Of a stretch of 64,000 nt of DNA, positions 51,708 through 60,901 are shown piece by piece. The position numbers and the translations under genes were made by a program. The notes below the pieces were generated by a model that was given only the letters and a program-made list of their open reading frames with translations, did not search any database and was not told where the DNA came from. Source of the stretch: a virus; IMG/VR virus record IMGVR_UViG_3300028558_000001, positions 1-64,000 of that record; one strand, written 5' to 3'. The stretch's first letter is position 1. Each line of letters starts with the position of its first letter.

Positions 51708-52714
51708 TGAAGCACTTATCATTTCCATCTATTGAACAGTTTCGTAATGTAGTAAAGTCTGTTTCTGATCGTACATATCATAATGGACATGTTCGTAAGC
51801 CAGTCATTATGTTTCGTGGTACTGTAAAGAGTCATGGAACCAATGCATCTATTGTATATGATCGAGAAGAGAATGTATTCTATGCTCAATCTCGTTCCAA
51901 TGTTCTTTCCCTAACTTCTGATAATGCTGGTTTCTGTCAGTATTTTGAGACTAATAGGGAATTTTTTGAGACGTGGTTAAGAAACACTGTGTCGGATGGG
52001 GAACGCTATTACTCTATCTATGGTGAATGGTGTGGTGGAAACATTCAGAAGGGTGTTGCTATCTCAGGTCTTCCTAAGATGTTTCTTATTTTCGCTCTTA
52101 GACTATCTAATTTAGATGAGGATAACAATCCAGTTTCTAACTGGTATTTTGATAATCTTGAAGTCCCAAAGAATGAAATTGGTTGTTATTCAATCGCTTC
52201 ATTTGGAACCTATGAGATTGCCATTGACTTTAACAATCCTGAACTATCTCAGAATCAGTTAGTAGAGTGGACAGAAGGTGTAGAAGAAGTCTGTCCAATT
52301 GGTAAGTTCTTTGGTAATGAAGGTGTTGGTGAAGGAATCGTTTATCATCCAGTGAGTGCCGATATTCCTAATTTTCATCTTTCAGAACTATTTTTCAAGG
52401 TAAAGGGTGAAAAGCACTCTGTTTCAAAGGTGAAGACCCTTGCGGCAGTTGACGTAGAAGTTATTAATTCTATTAATGAATTAGTTGCCTCTCTTGCTAC
52501 TGACAATCGCTTTAACCAAGGAATTCAGGTTCTAACGGAACGTGGCATTGACGTAAATGACTCCAAGAACACCAGAGACTTTATTACATGGGTCAAGGAC
52601 GATGTTATCAAGGAAGATCGGGATACAATCCTTGTTTCTGGCCTTGACTTCGGCAAGGTAATTGGTAATATCACGTCAATGGCCGGTAAGTGGTTTAATA
52701 GTCGGCCAATTTGA
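51707..52714 (+). CDS. RNA ligase 2 family protein
   Basis: KSHGTN motif I, YGEW.G.NIQKG, GEGIV, FKVK. Confidence 0.82.
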   Translation: MKHLSFPSIEQFRNVVKSVSDRTYHNGHVRKPVIMFRGTVKSHGTNASIVYDREENVFYAQSRSNVLSLTSDNAGFCQYFETNREFFETWLRNTVSDGERYYSIYGEWCGGNIQKGVAISGLPKMFLIFALRLSNLDEDNNPVSNWYFDNLEVPKNEIGCYSIASFGTYEIAIDFNNPELSQNQLVEWTEGVEEVCPIGKFFGNEGVGEGIVYHPVSADIPNFHLSELFFKVKGEKHSVSKVKTLAAVDVEVINSINELVASLATDNRFNQGIQVLTERGIDVNDSKNTRDFITWVKDDVIKEDRDTILVSGLDFGKVIGNITSMAGKWFNSRPI

Positions 52715-52738
52715 AATAATTATGAAAGGAAATAATGA

Positions 52739-53446
52739 ATGTCAAGTTACCATGAGTTAAAGAACGCTGCATTTATCACCGTTCTAAACAGTTATCTAAA
52801 TCTACATAACGTTCCTTCTGATATTGCCCTAATCATTAATGAATATATCATTGCTGATAAGATCAATTTCAAGCCACATGCTCACAATCCTTATTCTGTA
52901 GAAGATGGTCTTGGTATCATCGAGCAATTTTCTGGTCCAGTTGATGTTGCTGATCCAGTTTATGTTGAATATGTCAACACTCTACGGACTTCAATCAACT
53001 CTCTTGCTTCAATCATTAAGGTACTCAATCGGTATATTAATGATTGTGAGTTTAATAAGTGGATTGAACTTAATGCCAATATTGACTCTCCATACCGCCA
53101 TAACTTTCATAAGTTAATTGCAGCAGTTCGCCATGATCTTGTTTTTGATTATAATGAACTAATTGCTCTGCGTGTTTACTGGAAGGGTATGTATAAGGCT
53201 GTCCGTTCATACAATCAGAGTAATCTATCCCCATCAACAGTACATTAAGGGGAGCTTATAATAATGAATAAGAATAAGCTCACCAAGGAAGTATTTGAGG
53301 AAATTTTAGAAGTCGCTATTGATGCTTTTGGTTTCTCCTATGTTTGGGATACTATTAAGGATTTCAATAGAGAACTAAATTTTGATGATGATTGTTTAAC
53401 CGATCCTGATGAGGATTTCTATTGGACAGGAGAAGAGGATGAGTGA
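52739..53446 (+). other. Two hypothetical genes (52739-53248, 53264-53446)
   Basis: SD-preceded ORFs. Confidence 0.7.
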
Positions 53447-53804
53447 ATATACTACTAAAGATTTATCTGAACTAGTTTCCAAGATTAATTCAGATGTTGA
53501 ACTTGCCATTAAGATTTCTAATGAAGTTAGGACAGGTTTCGCTATTCGATACTCAGGAACTTGGTACGTTCCTGAGACAAGTCGTCTAACATATGAGGAA
53601 GTCCTAGAAGGCATTGAAAAGAATGCCTTTAGGGATGAATTACTTCCTTCTCTGTGTGAGGCACTAGATAACTATAAAAGGTTAGTAGAGACGTATGGTG
53701 AATCATATGTTTTCCATATTGATGATGATCATTGCTTTGTAGAAGAAGACTATGGTTATGACGGACAGTATACGGGTTGGCTAAATTCATCATCTAATTG
53801 TTAA
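53439..53804 (+). CDS. WxSSSxxC-family paralog 1
   Basis: Ends GWLNSSSNC. Confidence 0.8.
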   Translation: MSEYTTKDLSELVSKINSDVELAIKISNEVRTGFAIRYSGTWYVPETSRLTYEEVLEGIEKNAFRDELLPSLCEALDNYKRLVETYGESYVFHIDDDHCFVEEDYGYDGQYTGWLNSSSNC

Positions 53805-53829
53805 TAATTATCAAGAAAGGATTTATATT

Positions 53830-54198
53830 ATGAGTTATACTAATGAAGATTTAGACTCGGCTGTTAAGGAAATCTATGCGGCAGTAGCAAAGGCAGAAAC
53901 GATTTCAGAGGAACTTCGTGAGGGGTTTACTCTTGAGATTGCCTATGGTATGGGTGGCTGGTACGTTCCCAAGTCATCACGCCTTGATTATGAAACCATT
54001 CTGGCTAAGATCGAGGAAAATAGCTTTTCTGATGATGATCTAGAACTTGTCAAGGAACTTCTAGAGGAATATGCGGAAATGAAGGAAAAGAATCCAACCC
54101 GTAACTATGTGTTTGACTTAGAAGAAGGCGTACTATATCGTAAGTCTTTATATGAGGATGATTCGACTGGTTGGCGTTCATCTTCTTCCTCTTGCTGA
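53830..54198 (+). CDS. WxSSSxxC-family paralog 2
   Basis: AYGMGGWY; ends GWRSSSSSC. Confidence 0.8.
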   Translation: MSYTNEDLDSAVKEIYAAVAKAETISEELREGFTLEIAYGMGGWYVPKSSRLDYETILAKIEENSFSDDDLELVKELLEEYAEMKEKNPTRNYVFDLEEGVLYRKSLYEDDSTGWRSSSSSC

Positions 54199-54211
54199 AA
54201 AAGGTTTAATA

Positions 54212-54466
54212 ATGAGTGATCTGTTAACTTTCAAAGAGATTATTGATATTATTGCATCTTCTGATGATGTTTCTTCGGAAGATCGCCTTAAGATCAAGAC
54301 CCTTCTTAATCTTTATTATGATAAGAAGCGTTTTTATGAAACCGATTACAAGTTTGATATTGTTAATTGGAAGCTAGTTCCTGTTGATAAGTATGAATCC
54401 ACTTGGGATTCATCTTCTTGTTCTGGTTATGACGAAGATTGGAGTTCTTCTGATGCTGAATGTTGA
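54212..54466 (+). CDS. WxSSSxxC-family paralog 3 (two motif copies)
   Basis: WDSSSCSGY then WSSSDAEC at the C-terminus. Confidence 0.8.
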   Translation: MSDLLTFKEIIDIIASSDDVSSEDRLKIKTLLNLYYDKKRFYETDYKFDIVNWKLVPVDKYESTWDSSSCSGYDEDWSSSDAEC

Positions 54467-54812
54467 ACAGGCAAAGGATGCCCTAGATAAGGCAGTTAAA
54501 GATTTACAGGACGCCTCTGATCGCGAGGGCGTACCAGTTAGATATGTCTTTGGTGACTCAGATTATGGTGGCTTCACATATGTTCCTGATTCACTAAATC
54601 TTCTCACATTTGATCAGGTACTTGAAGCTATTGAATATGAGAAGTTCTCATCATATGAGCTTTCAACTGTTTCTCGTCTTATTAAAGAATATAACGAGAA
54701 GACTAAGAATAGCAAGTATGCTAAATTTAAGTTCAATCTAACTAAAGGAACACTTGACGAATCAGAATATGATGATACTGGTCGTTGGTATTCCTCATCA
54801 GAACGTTGTTAA
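54453..54812 (+). CDS. WxSSSxxC-family paralog 4
   Basis: Ends RWYSSSERC. Confidence 0.8.
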   Translation: MLNVEQAKDALDKAVKDLQDASDREGVPVRYVFGDSDYGGFTYVPDSLNLLTFDQVLEAIEYEKFSSYELSTVSRLIKEYNEKTKNSKYAKFKFNLTKGTLDESEYDDTGRWYSSSERC

Positions 54813-54824
54813 GGAGAAATTGTT

Positions 54825-55142
54825 ATGAAGCCTATTTCATTTTCTGAGTTATTAGATAAGATCACTGAGGGAGAGATTTCCAAGGAACAGATGGTGGCTA
54901 TCCGTCCACTCATTGATGATTATATGAGGATGAATACTTCTGTTACATCTGAGATTAAGTTTGTTCTAGAAACAAACCAACTATATTTAGATCAGTATTC
55001 AGAAAATCCTTATATGGATGACTGGATGGCTTCAACTGCAAGTTGTTCTGGTTATGAAACCGTTTATAATTATGACAAGTGGGCCAATCAGCGTATTGAT
55101 CCTGAATGGGGTGAGAAAGAGTTTTATCGCTTCGATGATTGA
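54825..55142 (+). CDS. WxSSSxxC-family paralog 5 (internal motif)
   Basis: WMASTASCSGY followed by a C-terminal extension. Confidence 0.75.
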   Translation: MKPISFSELLDKITEGEISKEQMVAIRPLIDDYMRMNTSVTSEIKFVLETNQLYLDQYSENPYMDDWMASTASCSGYETVYNYDKWANQRIDPEWGEKEFYRFDD

Positions 55143-55223
55143 TCCTAATGTTGGTTGTATCCTATTAGGATTAGTAATTATAAGCATCTATCTGTACGTA
55201 ACTACTAGATAAAGGAATATAAG

Positions 55224-56132
55224 ATGATTCTGACTGGTTCTCATGCACTTGCCAAATATATTGATATTGGTCGTGAACCCAAGGACATTGATTATCTTTG
55301 CTCATATGATGAATATGAAGCCTTCGTTTATTTTAATGAAAGCAAGATTGTTCATAAAGGCGATACCAAGTTTGGGCATTTCGTTATCATGCTCGGCTCC
55401 AAGCCAATTGAGTTTGATATTGCTGAGAAGTCAGAATCATCTAAAATTCTTTATGATGCATATAAGGGAAGGGAAGCACTTCCTCTCCATGTTCTATATG
55501 CCATGAAAATGTCTCATCGTTATCTTAGGAATTCTCCTCATTTTCTCAAGACGATGAACGACATTATTCTTATGCGTGATGAAGGAGCAGGAATTACCTC
55601 AAAAATGGCTGAGTGGATTAAGCTCCGTGAGAAGGAAACTTATGTTTACAAGCATCCTGACCTTACCGTTGATAAGGTGAACTTCTTTGTGGATAATTTC
55701 TATAAATTTGATCATGACGACGTTCATGAAGCTATCAAGGTAGGCGATGCTCCTGCTTATCAGGCTATCAAGATTCCCGGAGAAGATGTGAAGTGTTCCA
55801 AGGAACTATTTGATGCCCTTCCATATGAGAAGAAGCTTCTTTGCACCTATGAAGAGTCTTGCGTCCTTGCACTAGAGCGCCACCAGATTCCAAATAACTA
55901 CAATCCTGATCCTCTCAAGTCTTTCCAGATTGCTCTACAGAAGGTTTGTTCTTCTATTACTTCTGGATGGTTTCGTGAATGGTCATGGGAAAATTACTAT
56001 CAGGTACTTGACTTCTATGCTCAGAAAGGGCATAATGACTATGTTGATCGTCTCAGGAAGGCAGATGATGAAGGTCGTCTACGTCTTTGGGATGACGTTA
56101 AGCAAAAACTAATGAATAATAAAGCAGCTTAA
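55224..56132 (+). CDS. Nucleotidyltransferase-fold phage protein
   Basis: N-terminal hGS...DxD (LTGSHAL...PKDID) Pol-beta-type signature; KMSHRY, HDDVH, LALER downstream. Confidence 0.6.
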   Translation: MILTGSHALAKYIDIGREPKDIDYLCSYDEYEAFVYFNESKIVHKGDTKFGHFVIMLGSKPIEFDIAEKSESSKILYDAYKGREALPLHVLYAMKMSHRYLRNSPHFLKTMNDIILMRDEGAGITSKMAEWIKLREKETYVYKHPDLTVDKVNFFVDNFYKFDHDDVHEAIKVGDAPAYQAIKIPGEDVKCSKELFDALPYEKKLLCTYEESCVLALERHQIPNNYNPDPLKSFQIALQKVCSSITSGWFREWSWENYYQVLDFYAQKGHNDYVDRLRKADDEGRLRLWDDVKQKLMNNKAA

Positions 56133-56133
56133 T

Positions 56134-57132
56134 ATGAAAGGAAATTCCCTCTTGGTTGATATTAACCTAAATTATAATGATTCTCTATATTCGTCTGTAG
56201 AAGGTAAGTTTGTTTTAAAGCATTTACATGAGAATGTAGATATTGTTTGTGAAGAATTTGATTCTTCCAATACTCTACAGGAAATCATGGCGATTACCAA
56301 ACAAGTTATCAAAAATATTGTCATCATCCAACATTCTGTTCATACTGTTTATATGTTATCTGATAACTATCATATCCGTATGTTTAAGAATAATAAGATT
56401 GTTTCCCTATCCGTTAAAGGTTCACAAAAGAACGTTGACTATTTTAAGGGAATCATTAATGTAGCAGAAGAAGAACCTGTTGTGCATTGGTTCCATAAGG
56501 AAGGTTCCTCTTTCGCTCAGGAGAGCTTTCCTCTCAAGAATAACAATATGCCTATTGATGAAATGTATCCATTCATCAAGGATGGATTGACAGATTATTA
56601 TGATAGATATATGAAGTCTTCTGCATCTATCCTCCTACTCATTGGTCCTCCCGGCTGTGGTAAGACAACATTCCTTCGTGGTCTTCTCCATTATACCTCA
56701 TCTGATTCTATGATGACTTATGATGAACTTCTACTACAGGATGACCACTTCTTCATTCGGTTCATTAAGTCAGATGATCTATTCCTAATTATCGAAGATG
56801 CTGATACAATGATTAGACCAAGAGACGAAGGTAATAAGCTAGTTGCTCGTTTCCTAAACCTATCAGATGGTATCATGGATATTCAGAACAAGAAAATCGT
56901 TTTCACAACCAATCTTGATTCTCTTGCTAATGTCGATCCAGCACTTACCCGCGAAGGCCGTTGTTTTGATGTTCTTCACTTCCGTCATCTTAATTTTGAT
57001 GAGGCAACAAAACTAGCAGATAAGTGTGAGATTGATTTCAATCCAGCAAGACGCTCTGATGAGTTTCCAGTATCAGAAGTCTTTAATAACAAGCGCAACA
57101 ATGATCGCAAAACAAAGTTAGGATTCTTTTAA
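56134..57132 (+). CDS. AAA+ ATPase
   Basis: GPPGCGKTT, IIEDAD, FTTN, DPALTREGR. Confidence 0.9.
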   Translation: MKGNSLLVDINLNYNDSLYSSVEGKFVLKHLHENVDIVCEEFDSSNTLQEIMAITKQVIKNIVIIQHSVHTVYMLSDNYHIRMFKNNKIVSLSVKGSQKNVDYFKGIINVAEEEPVVHWFHKEGSSFAQESFPLKNNNMPIDEMYPFIKDGLTDYYDRYMKSSASILLLIGPPGCGKTTFLRGLLHYTSSDSMMTYDELLLQDDHFFIRFIKSDDLFLIIEDADTMIRPRDEGNKLVARFLNLSDGIMDIQNKKIVFTTNLDSLANVDPALTREGRCFDVLHFRHLNFDEATKLADKCEIDFNPARRSDEFPVSEVFNNKRNNDRKTKLGFF

Positions 57133-58144
57133 TGAAAGCATATGAAATTCTAGTAGACTCACAGATTGAACCAGAAGCCAAGGTCGGAACACTTTGTTAT
57201 GAACTAAAGGGAATTGATTTTGGTGCTGCCGAACATGACTCTCATGTTCTAGGCGTCGAATGTGTTGCCGTCTCTCTTAAGGAGTCCGGCGACTATCCAT
57301 TCTTCTGTATTCCTGCGGCCCATCTAAAGGAACTTAAATGACTCCTAAAGAATTGGAACAGTTGGATGAAGCACTCCATAATGCCAGAGTGTTTCTCAAC
57401 GTGTATATGTCTGAATTTGATTCCATTACTCCTGTAATGATGAAGCAAATGGATGATGCAATTGCTTTAGTTAAATCAAAGTTAGGGGAGAGTGAGAATG
57501 TCAAAGATATTTACAAACAACTGCCACACCAGATTATGCCCTAATATCTTCGCTGGTTATCTAACAACCTCTAATAATTATCTAATCGAATTAAATTGGT
57601 GGGATAAGATTTTATTATGTCTGCGGCTAACTAATACAAAGAAGTTAGATATTAAGTATGTAGCCAATATTAATAAGATGAGGAAGTGATGAGTAGAACA
57701 GAAAAGGTATATGGCTATACAACAAAAGATTTGTTAGTAGGAACTACACCACGAAAAGTACAAGTATTTGATAATGGTGCTGCTCGTTGGGTAACTCAAA
57801 GGGATGGTAAACTCACAATGATTTCAGGAAAAGCTACCGATTCAACATTCATTGCCAATAAGGATTCTGATAATGAATGGATTCGTAATAATTTCAAGGC
57901 TAAGCGTGATCGTGTGAATGTCCCTCAGTCACGCGAAGAACTTGCTGAGAAGCAGAAAGCCCTTCGTGAAGATATTAGGGCTACCTGTATTGCCAAGTAT
58001 GGTGAAAATGTAGAATATGAAGGCGAAATCCGTAAAATGGATTATTATAGGGTTGACGGCTTTGGTGCAATCAGTTATAAAAGCAATAGGATCACTGGTT
58101 GGAACCGTGGTGGACTTTTTATCAAATCAACTGCCGCTGATTAA
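57132..58144 (+). other. Small hypothetical genes (57132-57341, 57338-57544, 57498-57689, 57689-58144)
   Basis: Overlapping start/stop codons. Confidence 0.65.
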
Positions 58145-58172
58145 TTGTTAAATAGTGGCAAAGGAGAGAGAA

Positions 58173-58328
58173 ATGAAACATATTAAAAATCCTATTGCCA
58201 AAGACCTTCGTACTCCGAAGTACCGACTCAGGGTCGTGAAGGACAAGAAATCATATGACCGCAAGGCACAGAAAAGGGAGGATCAAAAATCCTCCCTTTC
58301 TGACGTTTATTATCCTGCAATAGTGTAA
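58173..58328 (+). CDS. ArfA-like small basic protein (51 aa, not in the ORF track)
   Basis: AAGGAG SD; MKHIKNPIAKDLRTPKYRLRVVKDKKSYDRK...; resemblance to ArfA judged by eye. Confidence 0.6.
   Translation: MKHIKNPIAKDLRTPKYRLRVVKDKKSYDRKAQKREDQKSSLSDVYYPAIV
58269..58302. terminator. Intrinsic terminator hairpin inside the ArfA-like ORF and after the convergent gene
   Basis: AAAGGGAGGAT-CAAAA-ATCCTCCCTTT. Confidence 0.8.
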
Positions 58329-58732
58329 CTGATTTCTTCTCTTGAGAATTTCTTGCGACCGTCATTTGGTGAGACTTTCGTAAGCTTCCCTGCTTTCACC
58401 ATTTTTGAAAGAACAGGTGAAAGACTGTTCTTAACCACCTTCGTTTCCTGCATGATCTGATCGAAATTACAGGCTTTCATCTTCTGAATAGCATGGAGAA
58501 TTTTCTTCTCCGCCGTATCGAGGATGATTGGTTTTTCTTTTTCTGGCTTCACCATAGAAACAACATTGTCGGTGTTGTCCTTCTCTATGGTCATAGTGAA
58601 CTCAATCTTCTTCAATATGCCAAGGTCTTCAAGGGCTGCTAGAGCGCCCGTTACCTTGGCTTGGTTCTTGAGGGAAAGATTGTTAATGTCCACAACTCCA
58701 TGATATTTCCAAGCCATATGAACCTCCATCAT
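58310..58732 (-). CDS. Winged-helix (MarR-like C-terminus) DNA-binding protein; likely start 58717
   Basis: EKKILHAI...FDQIMQET...SLSPVLSKMVKAGKL...DGRK. Confidence 0.65.
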   Translation of the reverse strand: MMEVHMAWKYHGVVDINNLSLKNQAKVTGALAALEDLGILKKIEFTMTIEKDNTDNVVSMVKPEKEKPIILDTAEKKILHAIQKMKACNFDQIMQETKVVKNSLSPVLSKMVKAGKLTKVSPNDGRKKFSREEISYTIAG

Positions 58733-58748
58733 GTACTAACGATTCGGG

Positions 58749-58787
58749 ATCATACCTGACTCATACCTACCCGTCAAGCGACGGGTA
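58749..58787 (-). promoter_or_regulatory. Sigma70 promoter with a palindrome over the -35
   Basis: TTGACG-N17-TATGAT; TACCCGTC-N4-GACGGGTA. Confidence 0.7.
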
Positions 58788-58790
58788 TCT

Positions 58791-60464
58791 TTAGAAATCG
58801 TAGAGGTCGCGTAGTCCTTCGTAAGTAGCCCATTCACCTTCGACAGGTTGTCTTGACGCCTTTTCATACATTCCTAGGCTTTCATACTCAGAAGTGAAGC
58901 CAAATGGAACTAGATCGGCCATGATTTCTTCCTCTGTTCTATCTCTTAGGTTTTGTAGTGTATAATTATCAGAGAATTCTTTAAAGTATCCCTGATCGGA
59001 TAGCCAAGCGAACAGTACCAGACCCATAACCAAATCGTCAGTGCTTCCAGTTTCCGCTTCATATGAATTGTTTTTTCTGGAGAATGTTGATAATTCATGG
59101 ATAGTATCAAAATCATTAACGATAAACTGGTTTTGTTCCACTAATAGTTTTAGAAGAGAACAACCAATGTTCTTGACCTGACGAGTCGTTCTGATGCCGC
59201 GATCCTGAGAAGATTGCTGGCCGAATCCAGAAGAAACCGTCTTGCCGCCGCGACCATTGTTAATGGTATAGATGATGTTTTCATATTCAAAATCGAATAG
59301 AACAGATGATGATACCTGTTCTCCAATATCATTGATTTCAACTAGGACATATGCGTTATGATAAATCTTAGCCATATTGTAGATGATCTGAGCGTAATCA
59401 AGGGGTGTAGTTAAATTAGAACGATAGACGCATACCTGTTGATATGGCATGTCCGTAACGTCAATTATAGAAAACGCTGAGTAATCTAAGCCCTTGCCTC
59501 TGGATACGTCAGCTACTAGGACGTATGAATGATCCTCTTGAGGAATAACATATTGTTTAATTCCAAGCTTTTCCTCAAGAACTCTTCCTTGAACAAGTTC
59601 CTTGAGCTTCCAACCGGCGATTAGTGTTCCTGATGAACCCATGAATTCACAATTGAATTCCTGATCAAACTTCTCAATATCATTATTCATTGATTGGAGA
59701 GTCATTGCTCTCCAAGCTTCGTCTCTACCGGGAACGTCTGACCAAATAGCTTCAATACGATTATATGGGTTGCGCCCTTCCTCTGCATCTTTCCAAATCT
59801 TATAGAAATGGTTAAGACCGCATGGAGTAGAAATCATGATGACTTTAGTTCTCTTACCTTCTGAAACGGTAGGATAAACAGATGCGAAGAATTCATCGAA
59901 GTTCTCAATGAAGGCTGTTTCGTCAAGTACTAGACACTGGAAAGTATAACCACGAACAGCATCAGATGAAGTCGCGGCGGCAATAACACGACAACCATTT
60001 TCAAGAACGAATGAGTTTTTATTAAACTCTTTTACGCCTTGCTGGAGCCATTTAGGTAGATGCTGGTAAGATGTTTGAAGCTTACCAAGAATTTCTTTGG
60101 CAGTATCGCCCTTGTTGGCTAGTAGACCTACAGTTTTTTGATCATTAAAGATAATATAATGAAGGAGGAATCCACGAACAGCTTCGGTCTTTCCACTCTG
60201 TCTAGCCATCTTGGCAATCGTATAACGATTATCAATCATTGACTCTACAAGATCAACCTGATAGTCTCTGAGTTTAAATGATGATAAACCATCTTCTGTA
60301 ATAATCTTTACATACTTCTCAATGAAATAGATAGGATCATTCTTACATTTAATTCTTTCCTGAATCATTTCAGGAGTGAAGTTAATCTGAACGCCTTCTT
60401 TCTTGAGAAGCGGATTACCGTTATATGGTTTATCTTCGATGATATAATTGTCGTCATCAATCAT
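58791..60464 (-). CDS. gp17: Terminase large subunit (T4 gp17-like)
   Basis: ARQSGKT, LDETAF, ISTPCG, ADVSRG, DDLVM. Confidence 0.96.
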   Translation of the reverse strand: MIDDDNYIIEDKPYNGNPLLKKEGVQINFTPEMIQERIKCKNDPIYFIEKYVKIITEDGLSSFKLRDYQVDLVESMIDNRYTIAKMARQSGKTEAVRGFLLHYIIFNDQKTVGLLANKGDTAKEILGKLQTSYQHLPKWLQQGVKEFNKNSFVLENGCRVIAAATSSDAVRGYTFQCLVLDETAFIENFDEFFASVYPTVSEGKRTKVIMISTPCGLNHFYKIWKDAEEGRNPYNRIEAIWSDVPGRDEAWRAMTLQSMNNDIEKFDQEFNCEFMGSSGTLIAGWKLKELVQGRVLEEKLGIKQYVIPQEDHSYVLVADVSRGKGLDYSAFSIIDVTDMPYQQVCVYRSNLTTPLDYAQIIYNMAKIYHNAYVLVEINDIGEQVSSSVLFDFEYENIIYTINNGRGGKTVSSGFGQQSSQDRGIRTTRQVKNIGCSLLKLLVEQNQFIVNDFDTIHELSTFSRKNNSYEAETGSTDDLVMGLVLFAWLSDQGYFKEFSDNYTLQNLRDRTEEEIMADLVPFGFTSEYESLGMYEKASRQPVEGEWATYEGLRDLYDF

Positions 60465-60901
60465 TCTTTATTCTTTCTTAGTGTTTCTAGTGCTTCGTCT
60501 AGGTCTTTTGTAGTACCAACAAATAGATTGTTAGTTACTGTCTTTGGTCCTTGCTGACTTGTTGACTGACCCATTTGTTTCTTTAGATCAATAGTCTTCT
60601 TTTGAAGGTCCATTAAATCTTGGTTGGCTTTAAGCATAGTAGCAAAAATAGTTCCTAATACTTCATATGCTCTGGGATTCTGGCTTTGTTCTGCGATCTG
60701 TGATAGCTGATCAATTGCATCGTTGCCATCTTCGATTAGCTTCTTGATATTTCCTCTGGCATATTCGAAGTCTGCTTTAACTGAGTCATCATTAGCATCA
60801 TCAATTATTTTTGATACTGCCGTAGATGGTTCAGCAGTAAAGATAGAATTTAGAGGCGAGAGGCCAAGTTTCTTGCCGATTGGATCGTTATTAGCGGTCA
60901 T
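60461..60901 (-). CDS. gp16: Terminase small subunit (T4 gp16-like)
   Basis: DFEYAR, PRAYEV, NNLFVGTT; position before gp17. Confidence 0.9.
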   Translation of the reverse strand: MTANNDPIGKKLGLSPLNSIFTAEPSTAVSKIIDDANDDSVKADFEYARGNIKKLIEDGNDAIDQLSQIAEQSQNPRAYEVLGTIFATMLKANQDLMDLQKKTIDLKKQMGQSTSQQGPKTVTNNLFVGTTKDLDEALETLRKNKE

